Assembly: GCA_029974275.1 (NCBI GenBank)
Contig: JARKSN010000103.1
Coordinates: forward strand, 1-45,312
DNA from: Candidatus Hydrogenedentota bacterium
Lineage (GTDB): Bacteria > Hydrogenedentota > Hydrogenedentia > Hydrogenedentales > SLHB01
Reading direction: 5' to 3'
DNA length: 45,312 bases
The notes under the pieces were generated by a model that saw only the letters and a program-made list of their open reading frames with translations, made no database searches and had not been told where the DNA came from. The position numbers were made by a program, and so were the translations under genes. Positions 9,009 to 18,595 of this stretch are shown piece after piece. How positions within the stretch are numbered: position 1 is the stretch's first letter; each line of letters opens with the position of its first letter.

Positions 9009-10777
9009 GGACGTCTCTCCAACTCCTCCTCCAGGAGTTGGCGGCGATACATCCGTGCATACAGGCCGCCGCGTTCGAGAAGTTCCTTGTGCGACCCGGA
9101 TTCCGCGATCGCGCCCTTGTCCAGCACAATGATTGCGTCGGCGTGACGGATCGTCGAGACGCGATGCGAGATGATAATGCTGGTGCGGCGCGTCATGAAC
9201 GCTCCCAGCCGTTGCAGCATTTCCTCCTCGGTGTGTGCATCAACGCTGGAAAAGGCATCGTCCAACGCCAGTATCCGCGGATCAAGCAGGACGGCTCGCG
9301 CCACGGCCAAGCGCTGCTTCTGGCCTCCCGAGAGATTCACGCCGCGCTCGCCCAGAAGGGTGTCGAGTCCTTGCGGCAACGCATCAACGGTTTCTTGAAA
9401 ACGCGCCACGTCGCACGCATGACGGATGGCTTCCTCGGGCGCGTCGGGACGCCCCAAACAGAGGTTGGCGCGAATCGTGTCAGAAAAGAAGAAAGCGTCT
9501 TGTGGCACATATCCGATAGCCTTGCGCAGCACGTTCACGGGGATATCGCGCGCGTCGATGCCGTCCACGAGCACGCGTCCCAGGGTCGGATCGCATTCGC
9601 GCGCGATCAACGACGCGATGGTCGATTTCCCGGAACCCGTTGCGCCGGTGATGGCGACGGTCTCCCCTTCGCGTACGGCAAAACGCAATGCATGCAGGAC
9701 AGGCGCGTCGCTGTACGCGAAGGAAACGCCGTCAAAAACAATCGATCCGCGCACCGCAACGATGTCCGTGCGCGTCCGGTCGGTATCGCGAATGGACGGC
9801 GTCTCGATCAGCACTTCCGCAATGCGGTCCATGCTCACGGCGGCGCGCTGATACAACGTCACGACCCATCCCAACTCCGCGAGCGGCCACGCCAGCAAGA
9901 TCAAATAGATCATGAACCCGGTGAGATCGCCGAGCGTTAGCGATCCGCCAATGACGCGGCTGCCGCCTTGCCACAGAACGAACAGGCCGGCAAGGCCAAC
10001 CACGATCCCGATTAGCGGCCACATGAGCGACGTGGCGATGCTGAGTTTGATCCCCTCGCGCATGTACCTGCGGGACTCGACGCGAAACGCATCCACTTCG
10101 CGATCCGCGATGGCGAATGCCTTGACGACGCGCGCCCCCGACAGATTCTCCTGTGCGCGCGCGGTCATTTCGCCGTACTGATCCTGCACGCGACGCGACT
10201 GGACATGCGTGTAGCGGACGAGCGCGTACACGAGCGCCGAAACGAACGGAAGCGGAAGAAGCGCCATCCCGGTCAATACAGGGCTAATGTAGATCATCAG
10301 ACCCAGCGTGAACGGCAAGCGCATCATGTCAATGCTGAGCATGACCCCCGGCCCGATCAGCATGCGGACGTATCCCACGTCGTTGGTCGCGCGGGCCATG
10401 ATATCGCCGGTTTTCATGCGATTGAAAAAATCGCGCGACAAACGCTGCACATGCCGGAAATAGTCGTTGCGCAGATCGTACTCGAACTCGCGCGAGGCCC
10501 CGATCAGGATGCGCCGCTGAAAAAAACGCGCGATCCCCGATCCAGCGGCGAGCGCGAGCAATGCGCCAAAATAACCAAACAGCAAAACCATGGTCATCGC
10601 GCCATCGCCAAGACGATCGATCAGAGACCGGATCACCATCGGACTGCTCAATTCCGTTCCCACAAAAACCGCCGAAAGGGCGGCCCCGGAAAGATAGGCG
10701 GGCCAGTACGGAAGATTGTATTGGACAAGCGCGCGGAAGGGCCTTCCGGGCCGAACGGCGGGAGCGTCCTCGAACAC
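9005..10777 (-). CDS. ABC exporter half-transporter (TMD+NBD), MdlA/YheI-like
   Basis: TGDIMARATND, GATGSGKST, LSGGQKQR, degenerate Walker B LDDA; overlaps its partner by 4 bp (ATGA), as expected for a heterodimer. Confidence 0.93.
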   Translation of the reverse strand: MFEDAPAVRPGRPFRALVQYNLPYWPAYLSGAALSAVFVGTELSSPMVIRSLIDRLGDGAMTMVLLFGYFGALLALAAGSGIARFFQRRILIGASREFEYDLRNDYFRHVQRLSRDFFNRMKTGDIMARATNDVGYVRMLIGPGVMLSIDMMRLPFTLGLMIYISPVLTGMALLPLPFVSALVYALVRYTHVQSRRVQDQYGEMTARAQENLSGARVVKAFAIADREVDAFRVESRRYMREGIKLSIATSLMWPLIGIVVGLAGLFVLWQGGSRVIGGSLTLGDLTGFMIYLILLAWPLAELGWVVTLYQRAAVSMDRIAEVLIETPSIRDTDRTRTDIVAVRGSIVFDGVSFAYSDAPVLHALRFAVREGETVAITGATGSGKSTIASLIARECDPTLGRVLVDGIDARDIPVNVLRKAIGYVPQDAFFFSDTIRANLCLGRPDAPEEAIRHACDVARFQETVDALPQGLDTLLGERGVNLSGGQKQRLAVARAVLLDPRILALDDAFSSVDAHTEEEMLQRLGAFMTRRTSIIISHRVSTIRHADAIIVLDKGAIAESGSHKELLERGGLYARMYRRQLLEEELERRP

Positions 10778-10779
10778 CG

Positions 10780-13700
10780 TTACGCCTCCTGGATTGGCTG
10801 GATGGCGTCGATGGACCGAATGAGTTCGAGCAGGTCCTCGGGGTGGAAGGGCTTCAAAAGAAAACCGTCGGGCTGGGCTTCCGGACTTCGGGCATGCTTG
10901 GAATCCATCGGTTTCGCCGTCACCATGTACACCTTAATGCCCCTCAACGTAGGATCGCTCTTGAGAAGACGGCACGCTTCCCAGCCATCCATGCCCGGCA
11001 TGGCCACATCGAGTAGAACCACCGAAAAGTCCCGGCGCGCCGCCATGCGAAGGCCTTCCTCGCCCGAAGTCGCCTCGTCGACGGTGTAGCCTTCCGCCTC
11101 CAGGCACCGGCGAATGAAAAGCAGGATTTCGGGATCGTCCTCCACGCACAAAATGCCGTTGCCGAGCTCTCCGTTCGTGAAAAGATCCTTGCTCAACGCG
11201 TAGTGAATGCCGCTCAAAAGGCTGCTCTTGCGGAAGCTGCGCTTGATGCGCGCCGCGACGGATGCCCGGTACTGTTCGTAAAGACGATCGTCGTTGGTCG
11301 CGATAATCACAGGAATGCCGGGGCGCGGCATCTGCGCAAGCAACTCGTCCAGCGCCGCGGTCTCCTCGCCAAACGAACCCATATCCACCAGAAGGCAGTC
11401 AGGACGGTGCTTGCCGAGAAGCGAAACGGCATGCGCCGCGCTCACTGCGTGGATGACATCCATTCCCTCGGGAACGAGCAGGGCGCGTATCTGATTGCTC
11501 AACGCCCGGTCCTGAGTCAGCAACTCAATCAACAAATGCGTTTCCGCCGGAAGCGCGGCGTCCGGATGGGCGGCTCCGGAGCCTTCGCGGCGCGGGACCA
11601 TGCGCGCGAGAGTGAAGCGAAACGTGCTGCCCTTGCCGACCTCGCTGGAAACCGTCACGCGGCTGCCGTGCAACCGAACAATATCCTGCGTGATCGACAG
11701 GCCGATGCCGGTGCCGCCGTATTTGCGCGTGGAACTGCTGTCGTATTGATAAAACCGCGTGAATATCTTATCCAAGGCTTCCGGCGGAATGCCTATCCCC
11801 GTGTCAATAACGGCGCATTCAACGGAGTCCTCGGTAGGGTGGATGCGAATCGTCACCGCGCCCCCGTTGTGGTTGAACTTCACGGCATTGCTGAGAAGAT
11901 TGTTGAAGACCTGTCCCAGCTTGCCCTTGTCGCCTTCCACCATCACAGGCTTGTCGGGCGCTTCGAGGATCAAGGCTATTTCGCGGCTATCCGCGACAGG
12001 CTGCATGATCTGAATGCTGGATCGCGCGCAGTCAACGATATCGAACGCGTCGAAGACCAACGTCTCGGCGCCCCGGTGCAAGCGGGAAAAATCGAGCAGG
12101 TTCTCGATAAGCGTGACGAGCTTTTCGACGTTCCGCAGGCTGATGGCCAGGTATTCGCGCTGCGTATTGTTGATAGGGCCGACTTTCCCGTTGTGGATCA
12201 TGTCCGTATATCCCATGATCGACACCAGCGGCGTGCGCAATTCATGGGAGACATTGGACAAAAGATTGGTTTTCATTTCATCCAACGTTTTCAACTCTTC
12301 GTTGGCCTCATGCAGCTTTTCGCGGGCGCGGGTCACCTCGTCCAACGACTTCTGAAGGTTGTCCAACAGATGCGCATTGCGGATGGCGACCGCCACGTGC
12401 GGAGCCATCTGTTCCAGCACTTCAACGTCGTGATGCGTGAAACCGTTCGGATGCGCCAATCCCAAATTCAGCGTGCCGATGATGCGCCCCGTTGCATACA
12501 GCGGCGCCGACACGCAACTGCGCGTGCCGGGGGGGAACTCGCCCGCAAAAGGAGTGGAAAGCGCGCTCAAATCGTCGACGACAAGACACTGCCGCTGCTT
12601 GGCCACCCATGCGGCGCACGACGTCTCATCGTCGATCGCGCGGGAGACGCCGGCCCCGTGCTCGCGCTCGGGCCACAATTGCCGCGTGACGAACGCGTCA
12701 TGATCTTCGTCGAGCAGGGCAAGCGAGGCATAATCGAAATCGACCAGTTTTTTGACTTCCACCACGAGACTCTCATACAACCGCCCCGCTTCGAGACTGG
12801 AATTGATGACATTGGCGATCTGATTGATCGCGCTAAGCCGTTCCGCGCGATCGCGGGCTTCGCGTTCGAGCCGGACGTTCTTGGTCACATCGCGAAAAAT
12901 GCCCTCGATCCCCACGACGTCGCCCATGTCGTCGTGCATCAGATTCGCGGAGAGTTCCACGCATATCGCCCGGCCGTCCTGCCGCTTCATCCAAACGCGC
13001 GAACGCTCTACAAACCCTTCCTTCCTCAGTTCCGAAAGGATTGGCTGCATCTCGTCGGCCTCGAGAAACATGTTGCCCAGCGCTTGACCAAGAACGGATT
13101 CCGGCTGACCGCATCCGAGTATTTCGACGCCGGCGGGGTTGATGAATCCGATGAGGCCCTGCGGATCAGTCTGGAAGATGCCGTCGCGCATCGAGGTGAC
13201 CAAGCTGCGGTATTTCCCCTCCGATTCCCCCAACTGCCGGATGTTGCGTTTGAGCGCCAAAGCCATTTTGTTGAAACTATGGGCAAGCTCTTCGATTTCG
13301 TCGCCCGTTCCGATCTTCAATTTCAATTCCAGATCGCCCTGGCCGATGATCTGCGCCCCCTCGTTGAGCAGCAAGACAGGGCGCACGATGTTATTGTGAA
13401 CGTTTCGGTAGGCGTTGAGACACAGAAACGCTATGAACACGACGCAGACGGCAATCGCGATCAGCGCTCCAAGATTGACATTGCGAAAGACAGACCATGA
13501 CGTCCTATACGCAACGATATACCCCTTCTCATCCTGGAACATGCGGTGATACGCCAGGAATATGGATTGGGGGCCCTCGGCCATCGGATAACGAGACAAA
13601 CGCATGGATCCCGATGCCGGCGCCCCCGGATTCCAGAGTTTTTGCGCCAAGACTTCATCGGGCTTTTCGATCCGCATTCGCGGCGCCTCGGCCACCGAGG

Positions 13701-14415
13701 CGAAATCGAACGCAACGGCCTGAATTTCGGCGCCGCTTTCGAACAAAATCTGATAGTGAATGTCCCGCTGAACCTCGCGGCTGCTCCCGGGGCCATCGCC
13801 CAGGGCATAGCGCAAGAGAGTGTCAAGGTCGAACACCTCGGCCATATACCCCACGGGCCTATCGCGCCCTGGCGCCGTAACGGGGGCCAGCAAACACGCC
13901 ACATAGGTTTGGGCGCCGGCATGATAGAACAAATCCACGAACGTCGGCTGATCGGGAAGGTCATTCCAGGAAAGCGATGTTTCGCGGGAAAACCCGATGT
14001 CGTTGGTCGAATACAGACGCCGGCCTGTCGGGTCGTAGATGGCCCACTCGGAAAATTGGCTGTCGTCGTTGGCATCGGCGCGAAGCAATCGGTTCTCGAC
14101 AGCCCTCTGGGTCTCCGCGTCATATGCCAAGGGGAGCGCCCCGGACGTATCCGGGGTAAGCGAGGAAACAATGACGGGAGCCGACGCCACCTCTTTGATG
14201 ATGCGGATGTAAAAACCCGCGGCGAGTTGCACCGCTTCCGCCTTGCCTTGGGCGGCGATTCGCAGCGTTTGCTCAGCGGAATTGCCCTGCCCCTGATGAG
14301 CCGCGATATAACCGACCACCAAGGCGAGCGTGAGAGGCAACGTGCCCACCAAGAAGATGGAACGGAGAATTTTCCATTCAATGCCTCGGCGGGCCTCTTT
14401 TTTTTGCATACGCAT
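10780..14415 (-). CDS. membrane hybrid sensor histidine kinase (extracytoplasmic Cache-like, HAMP, PAS, GAF, HisKA, HATPase, two REC)
   Basis: Two TM helices, HAMP (DEIEELAHSFNKM), SHELRTPL H-box, NLLSNAVKF, DTGIGI, GGTGIGL, C-terminal VEDD..LLDVAMPGMDG. Start uncertain (14409, 14415 or 14463). Confidence 0.93.
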   Translation of the reverse strand: MRMQKKEARRGIEWKILRSIFLVGTLPLTLALVVGYIAAHQGQGNSAEQTLRIAAQGKAEAVQLAAGFYIRIIKEVASAPVIVSSLTPDTSGALPLAYDAETQRAVENRLLRADANDDSQFSEWAIYDPTGRRLYSTNDIGFSRETSLSWNDLPDQPTFVDLFYHAGAQTYVACLLAPVTAPGRDRPVGYMAEVFDLDTLLRYALGDGPGSSREVQRDIHYQILFESGAEIQAVAFDFASVAEAPRMRIEKPDEVLAQKLWNPGAPASGSMRLSRYPMAEGPQSIFLAYHRMFQDEKGYIVAYRTSWSVFRNVNLGALIAIAVCVVFIAFLCLNAYRNVHNNIVRPVLLLNEGAQIIGQGDLELKLKIGTGDEIEELAHSFNKMALALKRNIRQLGESEGKYRSLVTSMRDGIFQTDPQGLIGFINPAGVEILGCGQPESVLGQALGNMFLEADEMQPILSELRKEGFVERSRVWMKRQDGRAICVELSANLMHDDMGDVVGIEGIFRDVTKNVRLEREARDRAERLSAINQIANVINSSLEAGRLYESLVVEVKKLVDFDYASLALLDEDHDAFVTRQLWPEREHGAGVSRAIDDETSCAAWVAKQRQCLVVDDLSALSTPFAGEFPPGTRSCVSAPLYATGRIIGTLNLGLAHPNGFTHHDVEVLEQMAPHVAVAIRNAHLLDNLQKSLDEVTRAREKLHEANEELKTLDEMKTNLLSNVSHELRTPLVSIMGYTDMIHNGKVGPINNTQREYLAISLRNVEKLVTLIENLLDFSRLHRGAETLVFDAFDIVDCARSSIQIMQPVADSREIALILEAPDKPVMVEGDKGKLGQVFNNLLSNAVKFNHNGGAVTIRIHPTEDSVECAVIDTGIGIPPEALDKIFTRFYQYDSSSTRKYGGTGIGLSITQDIVRLHGSRVTVSSEVGKGSTFRFTLARMVPRREGSGAAHPDAALPAETHLLIELLTQDRALSNQIRALLVPEGMDVIHAVSAAHAVSLLGKHRPDCLLVDMGSFGEETAALDELLAQMPRPGIPVIIATNDDRLYEQYRASVAARIKRSFRKSSLLSGIHYALSKDLFTNGELGNGILCVEDDPEILLFIRRCLEAEGYTVDEATSGEEGLRMAARRDFSVVLLDVAMPGMDGWEACRLLKSDPTLRGIKVYMVTAKPMDSKHARSPEAQPDGFLLKPFHPEDLLELIRSIDAIQPIQEA

Positions 14416-14721
14416 GAATTCCGGGTTTCTTGCGCCGGGAACCCGGACATGCCCTGTCCTCACTTCCGGCGGCGCGGCGTTCCTGGGATCGGCGAATCAC
14501 GAAACCGGTCGCCGGGAAAGACAAAAACGGCGACGTTTTCCCTCTTCCATCGGGCGACAGCGCTCACGACGATCGGATGTCTGTCAGGATGTTATGCGAA
14601 CATGCCGCCTGGACATGAAAACCCGACCCCGCCGCCTGGCATGCGCGCATGGAAAACGCCATTTTCTGGCGCTGACCCGCCCTTTCGCGCACCATGCGCC
14701 GACCGCCACGAGAAATGCGAA

Positions 14722-15306
14722 CTATTCCACCGTTCTGCCCCGGCCGATTAGTTCCCGAACCTTCTCGACCAGCGTGTCCGGTTTGAAGGGCTTCGCCACG
14801 TATTCGTCCGCGCCGCACGCGAAAATACGCTCAATGTCCTGCTCTTTGGTGAGGCACGTAACGGCCATAATCGGCGTGCCGCGCGTAAGCTCATTCTCGC
14901 GCAACGCCTTGGCGACCTCGAACCCGTTGATCTCCGGCATCAAGAAATCCAGCAGAATCAGATCAGGCGAGAGCTGGGCGGCTTTCAAGCCCACCTCGGT
15001 GGCGTTGCTCACCTTAATCAACTCGAAGCCTTCGTCGGTGAGAATACGCTCCATCAACGCGAGCGCATCCGGATCGTCGTCGACGATCATCACGCGCTTC
15101 TTCGCATTGCCTTTATCACGAGGGAACATATCGAACTGTTCGCGGAAAACATCAAGGTCCTCTTCCAAAATGCGGTAATGCCCTCCCGGAGTCCGCGAAG
15201 CCTTTATGAGCCCTTGCTTGATCCAGTTCTTGATGCTGTGATGGGTCACATGGCAGATTTTCGCCGCTTCAAACGTCGTATACGACTTTTGCTCGCGATC
15301 ACTCAC
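14722..15306 (-). CDS. response regulator with N-terminal excisionase/MerR-like HTH and C-terminal REC domain
   Basis: YTTFEAAKICHV..SIKNWIKQG..RTPGGHYRI followed by IVDDD..LLDFLMPEING..KPF; GTG at 15306 after a GGAGG RBS. Confidence 0.92.
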   Translation of the reverse strand: MSDREQKSYTTFEAAKICHVTHHSIKNWIKQGLIKASRTPGGHYRILEEDLDVFREQFDMFPRDKGNAKKRVMIVDDDPDALALMERILTDEGFELIKVSNATEVGLKAAQLSPDLILLDFLMPEINGFEVAKALRENELTRGTPIMAVTCLTKEQDIERIFACGADEYVAKPFKPDTLVEKVRELIGRGRTVE

Positions 15307-15390
15307 GGTTATTACCTCCAAAACTGTACATGCCCGGCGCTTTTAGCCCCCCGAAGAACCAAATTAGCACCTTGCGCACATTCTGTCCGA

Positions 15391-15420
15391 ATTGTATCCG
15401 CATTTTTGTGGATTTGTCAA
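15391..15420 (-). promoter_or_regulatory. sigma70-type promoter for the HTH-REC regulator
   Basis: Minus strand TTGACA-18 nt-TACAAT; the -35 overlaps the stop codon of the upstream anti-sigma gene. Confidence 0.75.
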
Positions 15421-16346
15421 ATTCCTTTTTGCCGCCGCACCGTATCCTCCTGCCGGAACTCTTCGCGCGAAGAGGATTGATACGGCAAACAAGCATGGGA
15501 GGAAGAGTGCTCAAGCGCTTTGCAAAACAATGCGAAAAACGCGGCAAGAAGGGAAAGCATTTGGGCGTATGGAAGGTAGCGCGCCAGGAAGAAACCGGCC
15601 CAGATGCTTACGATGGACACTACGACGCTGGATCCGGCGGCCACTGCGAAAGCGCGCCGGGAAAAGCGCGTTGCGGGTGGACGGCGAAGAGAGAAGCCGA
15701 ACGTTATCGCCGCGCCCCAGGCTCCCACGACGATTCCCGTGCACGCGATGGCTGCCGCCCAAGGATAGGCAGGCGCGAAAACCGCGGATACCGCAAACAA
15801 TCCAAGCCCCACCCCCATGCAGAGACCGCCTCTGGCCGTGCGGGCGCTTGGAGAATGAGGGGGCGCTTCGTGCGCCGCGGAGGGCGGACGGGATATCAGG
15901 CGCGGGCGAAACGATACGGGAATAGGATCGGATTCGGCAGTGGAAACAGCGCCGGGTTGAAACGCTTCCTCCGAAAAAGCGTTCATTTCGCGCAGGCGGG
16001 CGATCAGGCGGGTCTGTGCGGAGCTGGAACGGGCCAAGGTCTCTTCGACCTGGATTCGTTTTTCGGGCGTCAGGGCGTTGTCGATATAGAGCGCCACGGT
16101 TTCGTCGTCGAGGTCCTCGTCCCCTTCCTCGCCCTTGTGCCTTGCATCCAGGCGCGCGAGAACGTCCTGTAGGGGGAGTATCTCCGCTTGAGCCGAAGCG
16201 ATGCGTTTCGCCACGCCGGGAAAGGAATGGGCAAGGGCCTCGACCGCTTGGGCTTGTTCCGAGGTGAGGGTTCCCATCACATACGCTTCCACCAGGAGTT
16301 CTGGAATGGTCTCCGCGCTCAGCGGGTCATCGGTTGGAAAGGGCAT
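15417..16346 (-). CDS. putative membrane-anchored anti-sigma factor with two ASD-like repeats and about 4 TM helices
   Basis: Overlaps the ECF sigma gene by 20 bp; two L..Y....L..E....VE.L repeats typical of class I anti-sigma domains; hydrophobic C-terminal half. Confidence 0.7.
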   Translation of the reverse strand: MPFPTDDPLSAETIPELLVEAYVMGTLTSEQAQAVEALAHSFPGVAKRIASAQAEILPLQDVLARLDARHKGEEGDEDLDDETVALYIDNALTPEKRIQVEETLARSSSAQTRLIARLREMNAFSEEAFQPGAVSTAESDPIPVSFRPRLISRPPSAAHEAPPHSPSARTARGGLCMGVGLGLFAVSAVFAPAYPWAAAIACTGIVVGAWGAAITFGFSLRRPPATRFSRRAFAVAAGSSVVVSIVSIWAGFFLARYLPYAQMLSLLAAFFALFCKALEHSSSHACLPYQSSSREEFRQEDTVRRQKGI

Positions 16347-16902
16347 CGAGTCGATCCTCCAGAAGGTCCCGCAGCCGGTTCTTGGCGCGGTGCAATCGCG
16401 TGGACATGGTGTTGATGTTCATGCTCGTCGCCTGCGCTATCTCGGCGTATTTGAGGCCCCGCACATAGTACAAGTTCAAGATGAGACGGTCGAGCGCCGG
16501 AAGTTCGTCGAGTCCCGCCTGCACAATGGCCAACCGTTCTCTTTCGACGGCATGTTCCAGGGGAGAAGGGACGCATGCGCCGTCGTCTTCGCTCGTCACG
16601 GCATCTTGGGTGCGCAGCCGGGCGCGATGTTTGCGAATCCAGTCTACGGTCCGGTTCTGGGCGACGGTGATCAGCCACGCGCGCAACGACTGGGGACGGT
16701 GCAACCGGGTCAACGCCGTGCAATTATCCGCCAGAAGTCGTTCAAAAACCTCGTTGCTGATGTCTTCGGCGTCCGTTTCGAGGAGCGGTCCTTCCTGTGC
16801 CGTGGCGAGTTTTCGGCGGACGGCCCATCGCACGAGTTCCATGTACGCGGCGCAGAACTGCGCGCGCGCCATGTCGTCGCCTTCTTGGCAACGGCGAATC
16901 AA
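16327..16902 (-). CDS. ECF (sigma-70 group 4) sigma factor
   Basis: DAEDISNEVF, LRAWLITVAQNRTVD (region 2); GLKYAEIA..NTMSTRLHRAK (region 4). Start may be the CTG at 16926. Confidence 0.93.
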   Translation of the reverse strand: MIRRCQEGDDMARAQFCAAYMELVRWAVRRKLATAQEGPLLETDAEDISNEVFERLLADNCTALTRLHRPQSLRAWLITVAQNRTVDWIRKHRARLRTQDAVTSEDDGACVPSPLEHAVERERLAIVQAGLDELPALDRLILNLYYVRGLKYAEIAQATSMNINTMSTRLHRAKNRLRDLLEDRLDALSNR

Positions 16903-16981
16903 TTCGGCGATGTTGTGCGGTTCCAGCTCTCGTTCTCCCGGATCTTCCGACCGGCATGCCGCCGATCGCGGCCCCTGCGGC

Positions 16982-18595
16982 CTACGGTTGGAGTTTGCTC
17001 AAGGCGTCGCCGACGGCTTTCATTTCCTCTGCGGCAAAGCCAGACGTGAGCAGCTTGAATTGCCAAGGATACAGCGACGTCTCGATGCGGTAGACGACCA
17101 CCCATACGCTGGCGACGGTCAGCAACAGGCCGCAGAGTATCCCATAGTAGCGTCGGACAAGCGCGGCGTACAGAATGCCCTGGAGTCGACGGCGGCCAGG
17201 CTCCTTCGGGGGCTCTCCAGTCTCCTCGGGCGAGGCGGCGAGAGCCGGCGCCAGCGTGCGCAAAATCAACAACGGATACACGGGACCGAAAAGGACCGCC
17301 AAGACGATGATGCCGGTCCAGGTCCACGTCGCTCCTTGGGCGATCCAGGCCCCTTGAGAACCGGGCAGCATGTGTCCAGCAGTGACAGAGCCGAGCAGGA
17401 GAAGCATGAGCGCAGGAAATGCGGCAAATCCTGCTCGCGCCGGAGACGGATGACGCAACGCCCAGGATTCGCGGGTGACGCGGAATGCCTTGGCCAACGC
17501 GTATGCCAAGAGATAGCATAGCGCGAGCAAGGCAAATGTCTTCACCCACAGCGTCAACGGCGCCTGACGGCGGACTTTTTCTGTCTGAACGAGGGCGTCG
17601 CGTTGCGATTCAAATGCCAGGAGTTCATTCAAGACGTCCGTGATGGCGGCGCGCTCTTGCTGTTTGCCGGAAGAGGCGGAGGCAGTTTCCTCGGTCGCTA
17701 GCTTGCGGGAGGCGTCCAGGGCCGCTCGCTGGATGGTGAGTCCTGCGATTGCCTGCGGCGCGACGCCGGGCATGGGATTCTTCGCCGACGCGCCGGAGGC
17801 GAGTCGCGCCGTTTCGACGAGGCGGCCTCCCATGCTGAAAAGAGTTTCGAAGGCTTCTTTCCAGAAGTAATGCCGCTTGCGCTGCGCGTCATCAGCGGCC
17901 TTTGCCGTGAGAAAATTCGCGTATCCGTAGAGAGGCGCCAACGCCTCGTCCACCGCCTCGCGCGTCAGGCGCGCATACCACATGCCGTCCGTAGGCAATG
18001 CCGAAAACCACTGCGGCTTCGGAAATTGCATCTGGCGATTGGTTCCGTTCGTGCGGGCGATGCGATCGAGCGAGGTTTTGAAGGCCTCTTGCGTCGGCTC
18101 TACAAACGGCAGCGTGCTGGCCTCCAGGTAAGCCGGCAATGCGTTTTGCGGATCGAGTTCAGCCGCTTTCGCGAAGGCGGCCTGGGCCTCGGCCCAACGC
18201 TCCGCAAGCGCCAATTGACAGCCGTATCGTATCCGGACCGATGGATTTTGCGGATCGAGTCTGCACGCCGCGGCGTAGGTGTCGATCACCTTTTCCCGCT
18301 CTTCGCGCTCGGCGAGAGCCTCGAGGTATTTTGGCGTTTGCGTCGTGCGCGTCTGCTTGTCGATTTTCACCGCTTGCATGAGAAAAGGACGGGCAGATTC
18401 CGGCTCGTGCGTGAGCGCGGCCAGATAGAGCCGTTCCGAAGGCTCATAACGAAGAAAATTTTCCGTAAACCACATCATGGCCGCGAAAAACGCCGAAAAC
18501 GCCACGCATAGCCGGAACGAGCGGCGCAAGCGACGCGCCCCAATGGGATCGCCGATGCGTCCGGCCAACAACGCCGCAAGCGCATCGTTCTTCAC
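16982..18595 (-). CDS. TPR-containing polytopic membrane protein
   Basis: N-terminal TM helix, TPR-like AACRLDPQNP / AAELDPQNA, about 4 C-terminal TM helices; overlaps the pgi stop by 4 bp. Confidence 0.75.
   Translation of the reverse strand: MKNDALAALLAGRIGDPIGARRLRRSFRLCVAFSAFFAAMMWFTENFLRYEPSERLYLAALTHEPESARPFLMQAVKIDKQTRTTQTPKYLEALAEREEREKVIDTYAAACRLDPQNPSVRIRYGCQLALAERWAEAQAAFAKAAELDPQNALPAYLEASTLPFVEPTQEAFKTSLDRIARTNGTNRQMQFPKPQWFSALPTDGMWYARLTREAVDEALAPLYGYANFLTAKAADDAQRKRHYFWKEAFETLFSMGGRLVETARLASGASAKNPMPGVAPQAIAGLTIQRAALDASRKLATEETASASSGKQQERAAITDVLNELLAFESQRDALVQTEKVRRQAPLTLWVKTFALLALCYLLAYALAKAFRVTRESWALRHPSPARAGFAAFPALMLLLLGSVTAGHMLPGSQGAWIAQGATWTWTGIIVLAVLFGPVYPLLILRTLAPALAASPEETGEPPKEPGRRRLQGILYAALVRRYYGILCGLLLTVASVWVVVYRIETSLYPWQFKLLTSGFAAEEMKAVGDALSKLQP

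Noticed and set aside
7089..10777. Degenerate Walker B and signature motifs as pseudogenisation
   Set aside because: This is the normal asymmetry of heterodimeric ABC exporters.
14464..14721. About 260-nt gap between the regulator and the kinase as an sRNA or small ORF
   Set aside because: No convincing stem, repeat, RBS or coding signal.
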